Shown here: positions 36,147-48,592 of the stretch, in pieces
Layout of the letters: every line of letters begins with the position of its first letter
How positions within the stretch are numbered: the first letter of the stretch is position 1
NCBI RefSeq assembly: GCF_030028105.1
Contig: NC_092379.1
Coordinates: forward strand, 28,699,821 to 28,763,820
Reading direction: 5' to 3'
DNA: 64,000 bases
From: Mobula birostris
Taxonomy: Eukaryota
The notes under the pieces: model-generated
What the model was told of the DNA's origin: nothing
The model's input: the letters and a program-made list of their open reading frames with translations, nothing else
Database searches by the model: none
Made by a program: the position numbers and the translations under genes

Positions 36147-36544
36147 GGTGCATTGCATAATGTAAACTGAGGTTGATTCGAAGTGCCGAATGGCCTACTC
36201 CTGCACCTATTTTCTATGTTTCTATCTTTCTATATTACTTCGATAAAAGAGAAGTAACGATAAGCAGGAAGTTTCCGGGACAATCGGCGGTTCTGTTTCG
36301 AAGCATAAGCGAATATTATTTCCAAGTAAGGGCACTATAGCAATCCTAAGACTGCAGTGGAATAAATCGACTCCTCCTTCAAACCCCCTCCATGCATTTT
36401 GCCTCCGCCTCTCTCCGTCATGCTCCTATTCGTCTGCTTCCGTTCCTCTCTGTTACTGTCACTTTAAAGAGGGAGTTAAAGTGCCTATTACACATTACTA
36501 CACATCAGGTGATAACACATGAGTTTGAGTACAGAGTACAGAGA

Positions 36545-36866
36545 GAAAATTAAGAACCTGGTGGCATGGTGCGAAGACAATGACCTATCCCTCAACGTCA
36601 GCAAGATGAAGGAATTGTTTGTTGACTTCTGAAGGAGTAGCGGACAGCACGACCAAATTTAAATCGGTGGTGCGCAAGTGGAACAGGTGAAAAGTTTTAA
36701 GTTCCTCGGGGTCAATATCACAAATGATCTGACTTGGTCCAAACAAGCAGAGTCCACTGCCAAGAAGCCCCATCAGCGCCTTTACTTCCTGAGAAAGCGA
36801 AGGAAATTTGGCCTGTCCCCTAAAATCCTCACTAATTTTTAAAGATCCACCGTAGAAAGCATTCTT
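36545..36866 (+). mobile_element. Rex1/Babar LINE RT C-terminal fragment
   Basis: NLVAWCEDNDLSLNVSKMKELFVDF..VEQVKSFKFLGVNITNDLTWSKQ..QRLYFLRK. Confidence 0.85.
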
Positions 36867-36874
36867 ACAGGACC

Positions 36875-37395
36875 AGTTTTACACAGATGCCTGAATTCAA
36901 CATAAGAGTTGGAGGGCTATGCAATTGAGGCGTTCAGCTGCCTTCATGCAGACTACTGATGAATCTCCCTGAGCAATTTGGATGCCGCTCCATTACTGCT
37001 GTGCTATAATTTGCTTCAGCAAATTATTTGGAGTTTCTCCATAGGGTTGCATGTACCCAAATCTATCTACATCAGTGTAAGTGTAATCACATTTGAGTGT
37101 AATGGTCTATATCATCTCTCAGCCGTTCAGTCGGGAGGATCTGGCGTCACTGAACCTTTCCTACTAGTTCCTGCAATAAAGGACACAATGCATCTACATA
37201 GCTGGCTTGTATTGAAAGCCGGGGAAAATCGCTGGCCACCTTCACAGGCTCCACAGGCAACACAGCCAATGCAATCAGTCTAAAACAGAGATTAGATTAG
37301 ATTAGATTAGATTGGATTAGATTCAACTTTATTGTCATTGTGCCGAGTACAGATACAAAGCGAATGAAATTCATTTATTAAGAGAGGGAAAGCAT
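36875..37395 (-). pseudogene. TCR V pseudogene, family A: RSS heptamer and spacer deleted, leader interrupted
   Basis: Acceptor 37172-71; partial nonamer AGTTTT joined almost directly to CACAGA; insertion 37291-37382 inside the leader. Confidence 0.85.
37291..37382 (-). mobile_element. Short retroposon 3' end with a (CTAAT)n tail, inserted in a V leader exon
   Basis: (ATTAG)6-like run followed by attcaactttattgtcattgtgccgagtac; possible AGAG TSD. Confidence 0.65.
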
Positions 37396-37611
37396 GGTGT
37401 CTAATTTTAGTCTAGATCGAACGGCAGATTTATTCCAGGACGTAATTAAGACTCAGCAGACATTGTGGTGTGAGATCATTTCAGAACTACCTTCACTTTG
37501 TTCAAGGCCCGGAGCGTTTCCCTGGTTAAAGATTCACTGACATGAAGAACCCAAACCTTTCCGAGCACCGAACAGAATCAGCTTTGTTTCCATTCGGCAT
37601 TCTGCTCGTTT

Positions 37612-37752
37612 NNNNNNNNNNNNNNNNNNNNNNNNNNNNNNNNNNNNNNNNNNNNNNNNNNNNNNNNNNNNNNNNNNNNNNNNNNNNNNNNNNNNNNNNN
37701 NNNNNNNNNNNNNNNNNNNNNNNNNNNNNNNNNNNNNNNNNNNNNNNNNNNN
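37612..37752. other. Assembly gap (141 N)
   Basis: N run near where paralogs carry a (CT)n tract. Confidence 0.99.
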
Positions 37753-38741
37753 TGGAGAGATTACTGCTGATTCCCAGCTGAGCATATCGGTATAAAAAGA
37801 ATGTTTAATACTGACGGTAGCATCGAAATAGTGAGAGCTGATTCCTCTCTCGCTTTTGAACGAGCCATATCAGTCTCTTATTTATTAGTTAGTGAGAGAG
37901 AGAGAATGCCTGTGAAACGATGAAATATCGCAGTAAACACCTAGCTTTTGATGTACGGTAGACCAAGCCCCTCTTTTTGTTTGTGGTTGTTTCGATGGTG
38001 GTTGGTTGTGGAAATGCTGATGCTTTATGCTAGAATAAGTGAGAGAGGCAGAAGCTGGTTAGGTTAATGCTGCTTGCCGCTGATTGGGCGAGGGATGTGA
38101 CAAGGAACTTTTAGGTTCTTATCTTTTTTTTCTGACATTGATGCTTTGTGTTTTTGTTCTGTTTTAAGGATGCCTGTAGAGACTGTAAATTTCAGGTTGT
38201 GTATTTTGTACGTTCTCTGATTTTAAGCGGAACCATTGAAACAAGGTGGGCATTCGTTTCGCTGTACCCTGGTACATCTGACAACAACAAATATATAATA
38301 TACATAATCCAGTTTGATGTAACTGTGAGCGTCTGCAAAGTGAAGGAATATATCAGGCTGTCCTTCATTAGTTCATTGAACATGGGTTGTGCAGGAAAGT
38401 GGCGGTGGTGCTGGACTGCAGATTGCCTACATGACACCCTGGCGTTATCTGGTGTCATGTCCCAGAGATTAGGTTTGATTCCGACCTTCCGGTGTGTCAG
38501 CGGATACTTACGTGCTCAGCTTCCGCAATTCTCGAGTTGCTATGTTTTCCACTGCCCGAAAAAGACGCTGTGGGTTGCACGTGCTTGTGATCGGAGGATC
38601 AGTGAATGCACATGCTCAGAGGGAGGAATTTACAAAATTCGACAAATAAATCAGTCGACAATAAGACCATAAGGTATTGGAACCGAAGTAGGCCATTTGG
38701 CTTGTCGAGTCAGCTCCGCCATTTCAGATGAGAACGTATCG

Positions 38742-39017
38742 TGGTGGAATTATTCGATACACTAAACATATAATTAAAATGAGATTTTCAAAAAGTCGAA
38801 ATATACCTTTGGAAACAGATGCCATCAGTTTGTGCTCCTTCGACAGTAACCGGACGTTCTCACTGTTTGTCTCTTCCATCGGTGAGAAAACACAAAATTC
38901 TAAAAGCAAGTTCCCATGAAACAAAAATAGACTATTCCCACTTGCGAGAGTATTGAACTGTAGGATGAAATTGAATCTTGATCTTGGTATGACCTTGCCC
39001 TTTATTTCCTGCCTGCG
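38742..39017 (-). pseudogene. Ancient V relic, family F
   Basis: Paralog of 15242-15518; ..LQFNTLASGNSLFLFH.. Confidence 0.45.
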
Positions 39018-39710
39018 CTGCATTTTTAGACGTCTGTTACAGTTTCTTTTTGTATCCTTATATTGTTTTACTTTGTACTACCTCGATAAGCTGTGCAGTG
39101 AATTCATCGGTATAAACAGAATCAATGCAATAATGCGACAATAATAAACACATTCCGTTTTCAATTTAGATATGTAGCAAAATGCTACACGTGGTGATAA
39201 CATCGAAACTGTTAAATCTGATTGGGAAACCAGATTATACAAGCAATCAATCTGTTGTGATCCCATTCCCTCTCTCTTCCTTCGCTCTCTTTTATACTGA
39301 AAATGCCTTCAAAATATGAATCTCGGGGTAGTATGCGGTCACGTATATGCACTTTAATCATAAATTTAATTCAAATATTGAACCTTTTTATTAGAGCTTG
39401 GGAATGCAACGACCAAAAATAGTATCTGCGCTCTCCAACACGCTAAGCATCCGCAGGTTCCGCCGACTTATCTAAATGCCCAGTATAAATCATAAGTAGC
39501 TGCTGTAACATCCTTAATTTCAGTAGCATGCCACTTGCAATTATTTGTCAATTCGAAAACGACCAATTGTCCCACCCTCTGTTTTTCATCAGTCAGCCAT
39601 TGTGCCATTTAAATAAATCCCGGCTCCACTCCGTCCGCATTATTTCACACTGCAGGTACCTGAACACAGTGGCCAAAGACGATGTCAGACAAGACTGTCA
39701 ATCGTGATAT

Positions 39711-42700
39711 GCTACTACTACTACTACGTAGACTCAGGCCTAGGGAGCCTGCGTCGGGCACGATGACGGACTCTCTACTTCTCCCTCTCCCTCATCAGTG
39801 TGTTCAGTTCACCTACATTAGCCGCACCGCTGTCTTCTAGGAGCGTGCTGACCATACTTTCCTGAGGGCGCCCAGGGTTCATCCACCCGTGCTTGGGCTC
39901 CCATATGATGACTAGGCTGGCAGGTAGCTGGGGGTGGCGGAGACAGTGCCCAGCTAGTTGCAGTCTTCTCGCCTCGATTTTAGGAGAGAGCATCGGTAGG
40001 TTGTTATAGAGCTCAACGTTCGTCATGTGCTGTTGCCAACTCACATCAACAGCCATCCGCAGCATTCGTGTATAGCAACCATCTAGAGACTTTCGAATTG
40101 TCTTGGTGAGTGTCCACGTCTCGCATCCGTACGTGAGAATGGACTCTATGACTACTATTAACATCCTTTTTTTAAGCCCTCTAGTCAGGTTCGGCTTCCA
40201 GATTTGCTTCATGTCGTTCGTAGCCCTCCACGCCAGCGCCTTCCGTATCTTTATTTCCTTCTCTGGACTCATCATTCTTGACCGGAGGTACTTGTAGTCA
40301 AAGACTTTCTTAATGGTATCATTCTCTACGGTCATGAGAGTACCTTTGTCGCAGTTAAACACCATGTACTCCGTCTTTTCAGCGTTTCGGTGAAGTCCAA
40401 CTTTATTATTTTCTCTTTCCACTGTTGTCAGTAGTTGTAGTGATTCCTCCATCTGGTCAGAGAGCAGGACTATGTCATCTGCAAAATCGAGATCTGTGAG
40501 TGTAACTGGTTCGCCCTGGTTTTATGGTAAAACCAAGCTTGTCATGATCTTTGGAAACTTGACGCAGATCGTAATCAAGGACGATTATAAAAATGTAGGT
40601 TGTCTCCTTGCAGCACACCAGCTAGGAGCCTGAACACTGCTGTTTTTCCGTCTGGTGCGACAACTTTTGCCATGTATTTGGTATAGCTGGACTCTATTGC
40701 TCTCAGTAGATGGTCTGGCACTCCGTAAGCTTTCAGGATCTTCAGCATTTTACTTTGCTGAATGGAGTCAAAAGCTTTGCGAAAATCGATATAAGTAAGC
40801 ACGGCTGGTAGGTTGTTCTCCTTGACTTCCTCGATGATCCTACGGAGAGCACGTATATGCATTACTGTTGTGCGCTTCTGCCGAAAACCAATCTGATTGA
40901 ATCTTAGCTTAGGGACATTGGCGGTGCGAAACCTGTTCAAGTTCATCCGATTGAGTTATATGTCTTTGTGAGGGATCCAGACTTGGGGGCTGGGATAATG
41001 GTTGAGAGTGACCACCGTTCTGGTGTGTCGCCTTTCATCAATGCCATACTACATATGTCCAGCAAGATGTCGCCCAGGTCGCAGTTCTTCAGGACATCTG
41101 GTGGTATTCCATCTGGTCCAGCGCTCCTGCCCTGTTTGAGTGCCTATTTGGCCTTCTTCAGTTCCTCAATGGTGAATGGGCCGTCATTGATGTCGACTTG
41201 CGTTGGTATCGTAGGTACGTCCTCTTCTTCTTCCGTGATCGTTGGAGGGCTTCCCAGCAGATTCTGAAAGTGGGTAAACCATGTCAGGACACGGTCGTCT
41301 GCTGTTTTACCACTCATTTGACCTCATGGGCACTTCTTCTGTTTACTGATCTCATTGACCAGGCGCCATGCTTGAGTGCATATTTGGCCTTCTTCAGTTC
41401 CTCAATGGTGATTGGGCCGTCATCAATGTCGACTTGCGGTAGCATCGTGGATATGTCATCTTCTTCTTCCGGGATCTTTGGAAGGCTTCCCAGCAGGTTG
41501 TTAAAGTGGGTAAACCATGTCAGGACACGGTCCTCTGCTGTTTTACCAATTATCTGACCTAATGGGCATTTGTTGCGTCTACTGATCTCATTGACTAGGT
41601 GCCAGCTTCTATTTCTCTGATCATCTCAGCTAGTTCCTCTTCCTTCAGTCGGTCGTAGGTGGCAAATAGATTCTTCTTTGCTGCCTTGAACTTGTCTCTT
41701 AGCTCTTCTGTTTCGCTTCTTCTAAGTTCGGCACGACAAGCAGTGACTACACTTCAAGCTGAGACGATGTCAGGATGTTTTGAGATCCTTTTCTTCATTC
41801 GCTTCACAGTAGACAAACTCTTTGTTGCATCTGTTTGTGCGTCTATGAGCCGTTGATAGCGGTCGGTGGCAGTCTCTTCCTCCCCGCTTTCCAGTGGGCC
41901 GAAGCGATTTCTCACCTCCACTGTGTACTGAGTTTGAAGAACAGGTTGTGAGGAGAATGCCTTCCAGTCTATCTTCTCCTTGGACCTGTGGCTTTGGGTT
42001 GCCGCGGGCTTAGTCTCACTTACATTGACACTACTCTGTGATCAGAACTGACCGAGTTGAAGATGCCGTAGGCTACTGTGTTGATCACACAATTACGCCA
42101 TTCTGTTCTTAAGAAGAAGTAATCAAGCTGTTTCCTGTAGATAGAGGCTCTGTTTTCATACGTCCACAGTTTACCACCTCGCTCCTGAATTGTGTGTTGG
42201 CGACAATGAGACTGTGTTCCTGGATCAAATCAACTAGATATTGACAATTTCCGTTCGTAAAGTCTTGGTATGATTATGGAATATCTTTCAGTCCGACCTG
42301 GGCATTAAAATCGCCGAGCACAGCCAGGATGTTATGTGCCGGTATTGAAGTGACAGCCTTGTGAAGTTTACTGTGGAAGGCCTCCACCTCCTTCGCCTCG
42401 CTGCAGTTGGGTGGGGCGTAACGGATGATGACAGAGGTCGCCGGGTTTCTCTCAAATTCCGCAGTAAGGATTCTGTCACTGACTGAGACTACGCCCCTCA
42501 GTGCCTCCCTCGCCTTACGGTTCAACATCAGCCCTACTCCACATTGTGCTGACATCGTCGTCGGCTCTCTCCACGCAGACTAGGTGATGAAGTGCATCCC
42601 CTCTACCTCTGTGAACTTTATCTCTTCGTCAGGGTGTACATGACAGTGTTCTCGGATCCCCAGGATGGTGATCTCGTATCTGCTTGCCTGTAAAGCCAAC

Positions 42701-43200
42701 TATGTGCATCGAGGCAAGAGGCTGATGTGGTTTGCGATGAAGGTTGAGAAGATCGTTTTTACCTTACAACGCAAAAAAGGCGCAGTTCGCTCGGCCCCCT
42801 TGTCGGACTCAACTCTCCCCATGGTGTTTGAGTTTACATCTTCATAGTGTCTGCCTAGACCAGGTTCTGGGCGTTCCGCAGAGTTCCTGAGCACTCCCGG
42901 CTCTGGAAGTATGGGGTTTGTTGGGCTGTCTGTCATCATAATGCCTTACCAGGCTCAAAATGAAAGATTGTGTGGCGCGCCACTCCTCACACAGACAGTA
43001 GGTGGCCGTTGACTCACAAAGAGTTCATCCGCCCTTTGATAGGTTTTGGTTTTAGTCCTGTTGGGTGCCTACACACTCTCCTCCCTGGTTAACAGAAGTG
43101 CACCAGGGGCTGTGCCCTGAGTCGCCGATCGCCCGACCCGAGGCAGGTAGTACTGGGCTACGCGGTACCAGTATCAAGGCAACGCCCTGACCCGACCTTA
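39711..43200 (-). mobile_element. Near full-length RTE-clade LINE (APE endonuclease + RT), degenerate, (TAG)n tail, TSD TGATAT
   Basis: EN ..GVGLML..DRILTAEF..YAP..VLGDFNAQVG (42555-42274); RT ..YIDFRKAFDSI..GVLQGD and DLDFADDIVLLSD (~40500), ..YKYLRS; TSD at 39705-10 and 43201-06; empty site in the paralog near 16195. Confidence 0.92.
41136..41608. repeat. Tandem 236-bp duplication inside the RTE ORF
   Basis: 41136-41371 versus 41372-41608; roughly 30 substitutions by manual count. Confidence 0.9.
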
Positions 43201-43443
43201 TGATATTCCGTTTCAGCAAAAGATGGTGGGTGATTGTACATTCCGGTATCCCAGAAAGTTATAAAGCTCAGTTTGTGTCCGCTTTGTAATCAGAAACTGC
43301 ACCTTCAGCTTCGGCGTCTTCTGCTGCTGAATGCAGCGCTCTTAATTAGGGCACGTGACTGTGACTGATTTCTGGGTGCGCCCTCTGCAGATTCCTCGGA
43401 AAAAGGCGCCCTCCACTGAGACCTTTTTGCAATATACAGAATC

Positions 43444-43482
43444 AGTTTTTGCACGGACCCGCCGTCCCCGTATAACAGTGTG
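43444..43482 (-). promoter_or_regulatory. 23-RSS (CACACTG - 23 nt - GCAAAAACT)
   Basis: Heptamer 43482-43476, spacer 43475-43453, nonamer 43452-43444. Confidence 0.92.
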
Positions 43483-43905
43483 GTACCCATTGCACAGAGA
43501 TACATGGCAGAGTCCGACACAAGAGCTTCACGGATATTGAATTGAGACGTCTTGCTGCCTTTCTCTAAAGTAGCGGTAATCCTCTCTGAATACCGCTGCG
43601 TTTCTCCTGTGCTATATAACTTCAGCAAATAATTTGGAGGTCCTCCACTATGTTGAGTGTACCAAAAGATATCCGCATTACCATACGTGTAACTACAGTT
43701 CAGTTTTATGCTCTGTCCTTCCTCAGTCGTTATATCGGGAGGATCCTGCGTAACTGAATATTGCCCACTCGTTCCTGCAAGAAAGGACAAAATACATCAA
43801 CAACGTTGGCTTGTATTGAACGCCGGACAATCTCGCTAGCCAGCTTCGCTGAGACTCACCAGGCAGCACAGCCAATACAATAAGCAATAGACAGAGGGAA
43901 ATCAT
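43483..43905 (-). CDS. TRAV: Intact TCR alpha/delta V segment; leader 43905-43860, V exon 43774-43483
   Basis: Leader MISLCLLLIVLAVLP-G, 85-nt intron. Exon GTSGQYSVTQDPP...LNCSYTYGNADIFWYTQ...DSAMYLCAMGT is open. Close paralog of the 16.5-kb gene with a 9-nt in-frame deletion. Confidence 0.93.
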
Positions 43906-44149
43906 GGTGTCTAATTTCTGGCTGAATCGAACGGCAGATTCCTTCCAGGGCGTTAAATTCACAACAGTTATTGTGGTAGTAGATTGCTTCAGCGATACCT
44001 TTCACCTTGTGTAAAACCGGAGGTGTTTCTCTGGTTAAAAGATTGGCTGACAGAAAGAAACGAGCCTTCCTCAGCACCAATCAGAAGCTGTTTTGTATCC
44101 ATTCGACATTCAACCTGTTTCTCAGCTCTTACAATGTCCGGTGTTCATC

Positions 44150-44200
<51 letters not shown>

Positions 44201-45078
44201 CCTCCGTCTCTCCCTCTCTCTCTATTTCTCTCTCACACGCGCGCGCTCGCCCCCGCTCTCCCTAGTCATTTTCCCTGCTGCCACATTTTTCCTCGCCTCC
44301 TGTCCTTTTGCTCTGTTTCTTTTTTCTCTTTCCGTTACTGTTTAATCTCCCTCTCTTTGTCTCGATCCATCACTTTTGCCACCGCATTTCTTCGTCATCC
44401 TCCTATTCGACTCCTTCCGTTTTTCTCCCTCACTGACTCTTTCAAGTGGATGTGAAGGTATTTATTTTATCATTCCTTTGTACTACCTCGATAAGCTGTT
44501 CAAAGATTTGATTTCTTAAATCCCAGTCAATGCAATCATCCGACAGGAATAAACAAACATATCCAGCAAAATGCCCCACGTGGTGATAACATCAGATCCG
44601 TTCAATCTGTTTGGGAAACCAGATTATACAAGCTATCACTCTGTTGTGCTCCCACTCCCTCTCTCCCTCTCTCGCTCTCTTTTCTACTGAAAAAGGCTTC
44701 ATAATATGTTTATGGGTGGTGTGCAGTCAAGTATATGTACTTTAATAATAAAGTTACTTTGAATATTGAACCTCTTTCGCTATCACGCGAAACATTGGCA
44801 GGTTCTGTCGCATTATGTAAAAACTCAGTATAAATCAAGGTAGCTCTTGCAGCATCCTTAATATCGGTAGCATGTCACTTGCAGATCTTTGTCAATCCGA
44901 AGACCACCATTTTTCCCAACTGTGCTTTCTGTTCATCAGCAATTGTCCTATTTAAATATATCCTACTTCCAATCCATTCTCATTATTTCTCAGTCCATGG
45001 CTAATTTCTAGGTGCGCCCCTTCCAGATTCCCGGAAAAGACCCCCTCCAGTGAGAGTTTTTTTGCATTATATAGAACC

Positions 45079-45362
45079 ATTTTATATAGATAAAAATATA
45101 TGCCAGTATTCGACACAAGAGCTTCAAGAAAATGTAATTAGGCCGTCTAGATGTCCTTCTGCAACTAGCGGTAAATCTCACTGGGCAATCTAGATGTCGC
45201 TGCCTTATTGCTATGCCCTATAACTGCAGCGAATAATTTGGAGATTCTCCACAATGTTGAACGTACGAAAAGATAGTTGCATCAGCTGAAATGTAATTAC
45301 GTTCGCAGAGACTCAGCAGGCAGCACAGCCAATCCAATCCGTAACGAACAGAGGGAAAGCAT
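45079..45362 (-). pseudogene. TCR V pseudogene: RSS deleted, intron and FR1 deleted
   Basis: Leader ATG at 45362; atgtaattac joined to gttcgcagagactc at ~45300; no heptamer. Confidence 0.85.
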
Positions 45363-45668
45363 GCTGTCTATTTTCTGACTGGATCCAACGGCAGATTTCT
45401 TCCAGGACGTAATTAGCACTCAACAGATATTGTGGTATGAGGTCGTTTCACTGATAGCTTCCATCTTGTGTAAGAGCAGGGACGTTTCCCTGCTTTTTGG
45501 ATTCGCTGACACAAAGAACCGAAATCTTTCTGAGCAACAATCAGACTCTGCTTCATTTCTATTCGTCTTTCTACTTGTTTCTCCGTTCTTTGAAAATCGC
45601 ACGAGAACCGCTCACTCTCTCCCTCCCCCTTTCCCTCTTTCTCTCTCTCCCTCTATTTCTTTCTCTCT

Positions 45669-45800
45669 NNNNNNNNNNNNNNNNNNNNNNNNNNNNNNNN
45701 NNNNNNNNNNNNNNNNNNNNNNNNNNNNNNNNNNNNNNNNNNNNNNNNNNNNNNNNNNNNNNNNNNNNNNNNNNNNNNNNNNNNNNNNNNNNNNNNNNNN
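45669..45800. other. Assembly gap (132 N) in a (CT)n tract
   Basis: N run. Confidence 0.99.
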
Positions 45801-46415
45801 TTTCACTCTCTCTCATGCTGCTTTGGGTTTTTGTACAGTTTGGAGGATGTCTGTGGAGGGTTCTGAATTTCGGGATGTATATTGTGCACATTCTCTGATT
45901 TTAATGGGAAACATTGAAGCATGTTGGGTAGGTTTTTCGTTGTACCCTGGCACACCAGAGCGAAAAAAAAAAAGAAAGCATGATATAATGAACATTAACT
46001 AGTTTGGGGTAAGTGTGCGGGTCTGCAAAGTGATGGAATATATCAGACTGTCCTACAGCTCATAGAGTAACGTTTGAGCGGGAAAAAAAGAGGTGAATGA
46101 CTGCAGGGTACCCATCTTACAGTGCGCTGATATCTGGTGTCATGTAACCAGGGATCCAGTGCGATTCCGACATTCGATTCGATCAGCAGATACCTATGTG
46201 CTCAGGTTCCACGTTTCTCCCGTTATCATGTTTCCAAGGTCCCGTAAAAGATGCTCTGGGTAGCATTCCTCCTGATCGAATGATCACTGAGGTACGTGTT
46301 AAGAGGAATTTGCGAAAATTGGAGAGGTTAATCTGTTAACCATGAGACGACAAGATAGAAGTTTATAATTCGGCTATTTTTTCCGATCGAGTCTGCTCCG
46401 CCAGTTCAGATGAAA

Positions 46416-46692
46416 CAGTGTGGTGATGGAATTTTTCGCACCGCTCATTAAAGTGAGAGTTTCAGAAGTTCGAAACCTAGCTTTGGAAACAGATGCAATC
46501 ATTTTTTGTTCCTTCGACAATAATCGGTCGTTCTCTTTGTTTGTCTGAGGGAAAACATTGAAATCTAAATGCACGTTCCAATGTGCACAAGTATACATTC
46601 TACCCGGTTGTAAGAATATTGACCTATAGGATGAAATTGAATCTCAATCCCAATCCACTTCGGTATGAACTTCTTCCTTATTCCTGGTTGCA
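46416..46692 (-). pseudogene. Ancient V relic, family F, with heptamer CACACTG (46422-16)
   Basis: Paralog of 15242-15518; the putative spacer runs into a CR1 tail. Confidence 0.45.
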
Positions 46693-46917
46693 CTGTATTT
46701 TTAGACGTTTGTTACACTTTATTGTTGTATTCTTTTATTGTTTTACTTTGTACTACTGCGATAAGCAGTGCAGTGAATTCATCTGTAATAACCAAATTGA
46801 TGCAGTCATGCGACAATAATAAACACATTCCGTTTGCAATGTAGATATATATACCAAAATTCTCCACGTGGCGATTGCATCGGATCAATTAAATCTGGTT
46901 GGGAAACCAGATTATAC

Positions 46918-48212
46918 TCTCATGGTCTGGTCCGTGAATTTCGCATTCCGGTTCACGGTCCGGTCCGTGGACTCAGGACTCCGGGTCTTCCAGCTGTCCC
47001 TCGTTTGGTTGAGTTTTCATAGGCACCTGATTTCCATATTTGGGCTTGAAATATAAGTATCCCTGGGGTTGAGTGTGGGCTGCTGGTTTGTCTTGTGAGA
47101 CGACTTGGAGCAACCTGCTGATGGAAAGCTAGAGAAACCATTTGAGATCTCGAGGCCTGGTTGTAGGACCACCGCTTCATGGAGCCTTGTTGCCACTCGT
47201 TGGAGTAGTTGTTTGCAGTACGGATTCGGCTGTTTCCCGGTCCAGCTGAGTCGCCGTCACACTCCGAGCTCGGTAGGGATCCGGCTGTTTCTGTAGCCGG
47301 CGGTGGTTTCTGGGTGTAACTGCGAATCCCAGCAACCCCGAAGCAGAGATGGGACTGTCTGTCTTTCTTTATTGTTTCTCTCTTCTTGTGTTCGCCTCCG
47401 TGGGATAAGTCAGGCTGTTCTGCCGTTGCCCTGCGGAGGGTCATGTCTTGTCTTGTCCTCGCCTCCGTGGGGTAAGTCAGGCCGTTTGGCCATTGCCCTG
47501 CGGGGGCACATGTCTGGCCTTCGCCTCTGTTGGGTAAGTCCAGTCGTTCTGTCGTTACCCGACAGATGTGCCTGTCCCACCTTGGTGAGGAGAGGTTGTG
47601 TCCCGGCTTGTCTAAGTATAAGTCCAGGCTCAATATCTGGGTACTGTCCTGCATCATGTTGCTGTCGTGTTAACAATGAGTCCCGGCTTTCCGAAGGACA
47701 AGTTCCGGCTCTATATTGTTGTTCAGTTCCCACTCGGTCTCTCAGCTCCAGCCTCCGAGTTATATGCCTCCGCATTTCAATACGAAGATCCCGCAGCCAA
47801 GCTCCTAGAACCCAAGCGTCGACGATCCCAAGCCAAGCTCCAAGAATCCAAGCCTTGAGGATCCCAAGCCAAGCAAGAATACAAGCCTCGAAGATCCCGC
47901 AGCCATGCCCCAAGAACCCAAGCATGGATGATCCCGCAGTCAAGCTCCAAGAAGACAAGCCTGAAGACCCCAGCGTCAAGCCTCAAGACCAAGACCCCAG
48001 TCTCAAGCCTCACGACCCAAGACCCCAGCCTGCAGCCGAGCTCACGACCCAAGAGCCCAGCCTCAAACCTCAAGACCAAAGACCCCAGCCTGTCTCCAAG
48101 CTCAGGCCTCTAGACCCCAGCCACGTCTTGTCCTGAAGCCATGTCATGTCCTTGCCTGGTTCTGTGTTTGTGTCTAGCATTTCGGTCCGTTCCCAACGCC
48201 TCCATTGTGACA
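46918..48212. mobile_element. Solo LTR (T[C]TCATGG...GTGACA), 5-bp TSD TATAC, internal 36-bp repeats
   Basis: TATAC at 46913-17 and 48213-17; empty site cagattatacaag in several paralogs; TATA-like gaaatataag at ~47050. Confidence 0.88.
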
Positions 48213-48592
48213 TATACAAGTAATGACTCTGTTGTGGTCCCATTACGTTTCTTTTTCTCTCGCTCTTTTATTCTGAAAATACCTTCAAAATATGAATCTC
48301 GGGGTAGTATGCGGTCGCCTATATGTATTTAAACCACAAAGTTACTTTCAACACTGAACCCCTTTCACACAGCACGGGAATACACCGACGGGCATAGTAT
48401 CTGCATTCTCTATCACGCTAAATATCCGCAGGTTATGTTGGATTATCTAAATACTCAGTAGCTGTTGTACTTTTCCTTAATTTCAGTGGGTTGTAAATTT
48501 CTGGGTTTCAGTAGCAACCCACTTGCAATTCTATGTCATTCTGGAAGACACAAATTTTGTCCCCCAAACACGAGAAAATATGCAGATACTGG

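Noticed and set aside
43080-43200. HDV-like ribozyme at the 5' end of the long RTE element
   Set aside because: A TACTGG/CCAGTA hairpin and a CGTAGC motif are present, but no consistent P1/P1.1/P4/J4-2 arrangement could be built
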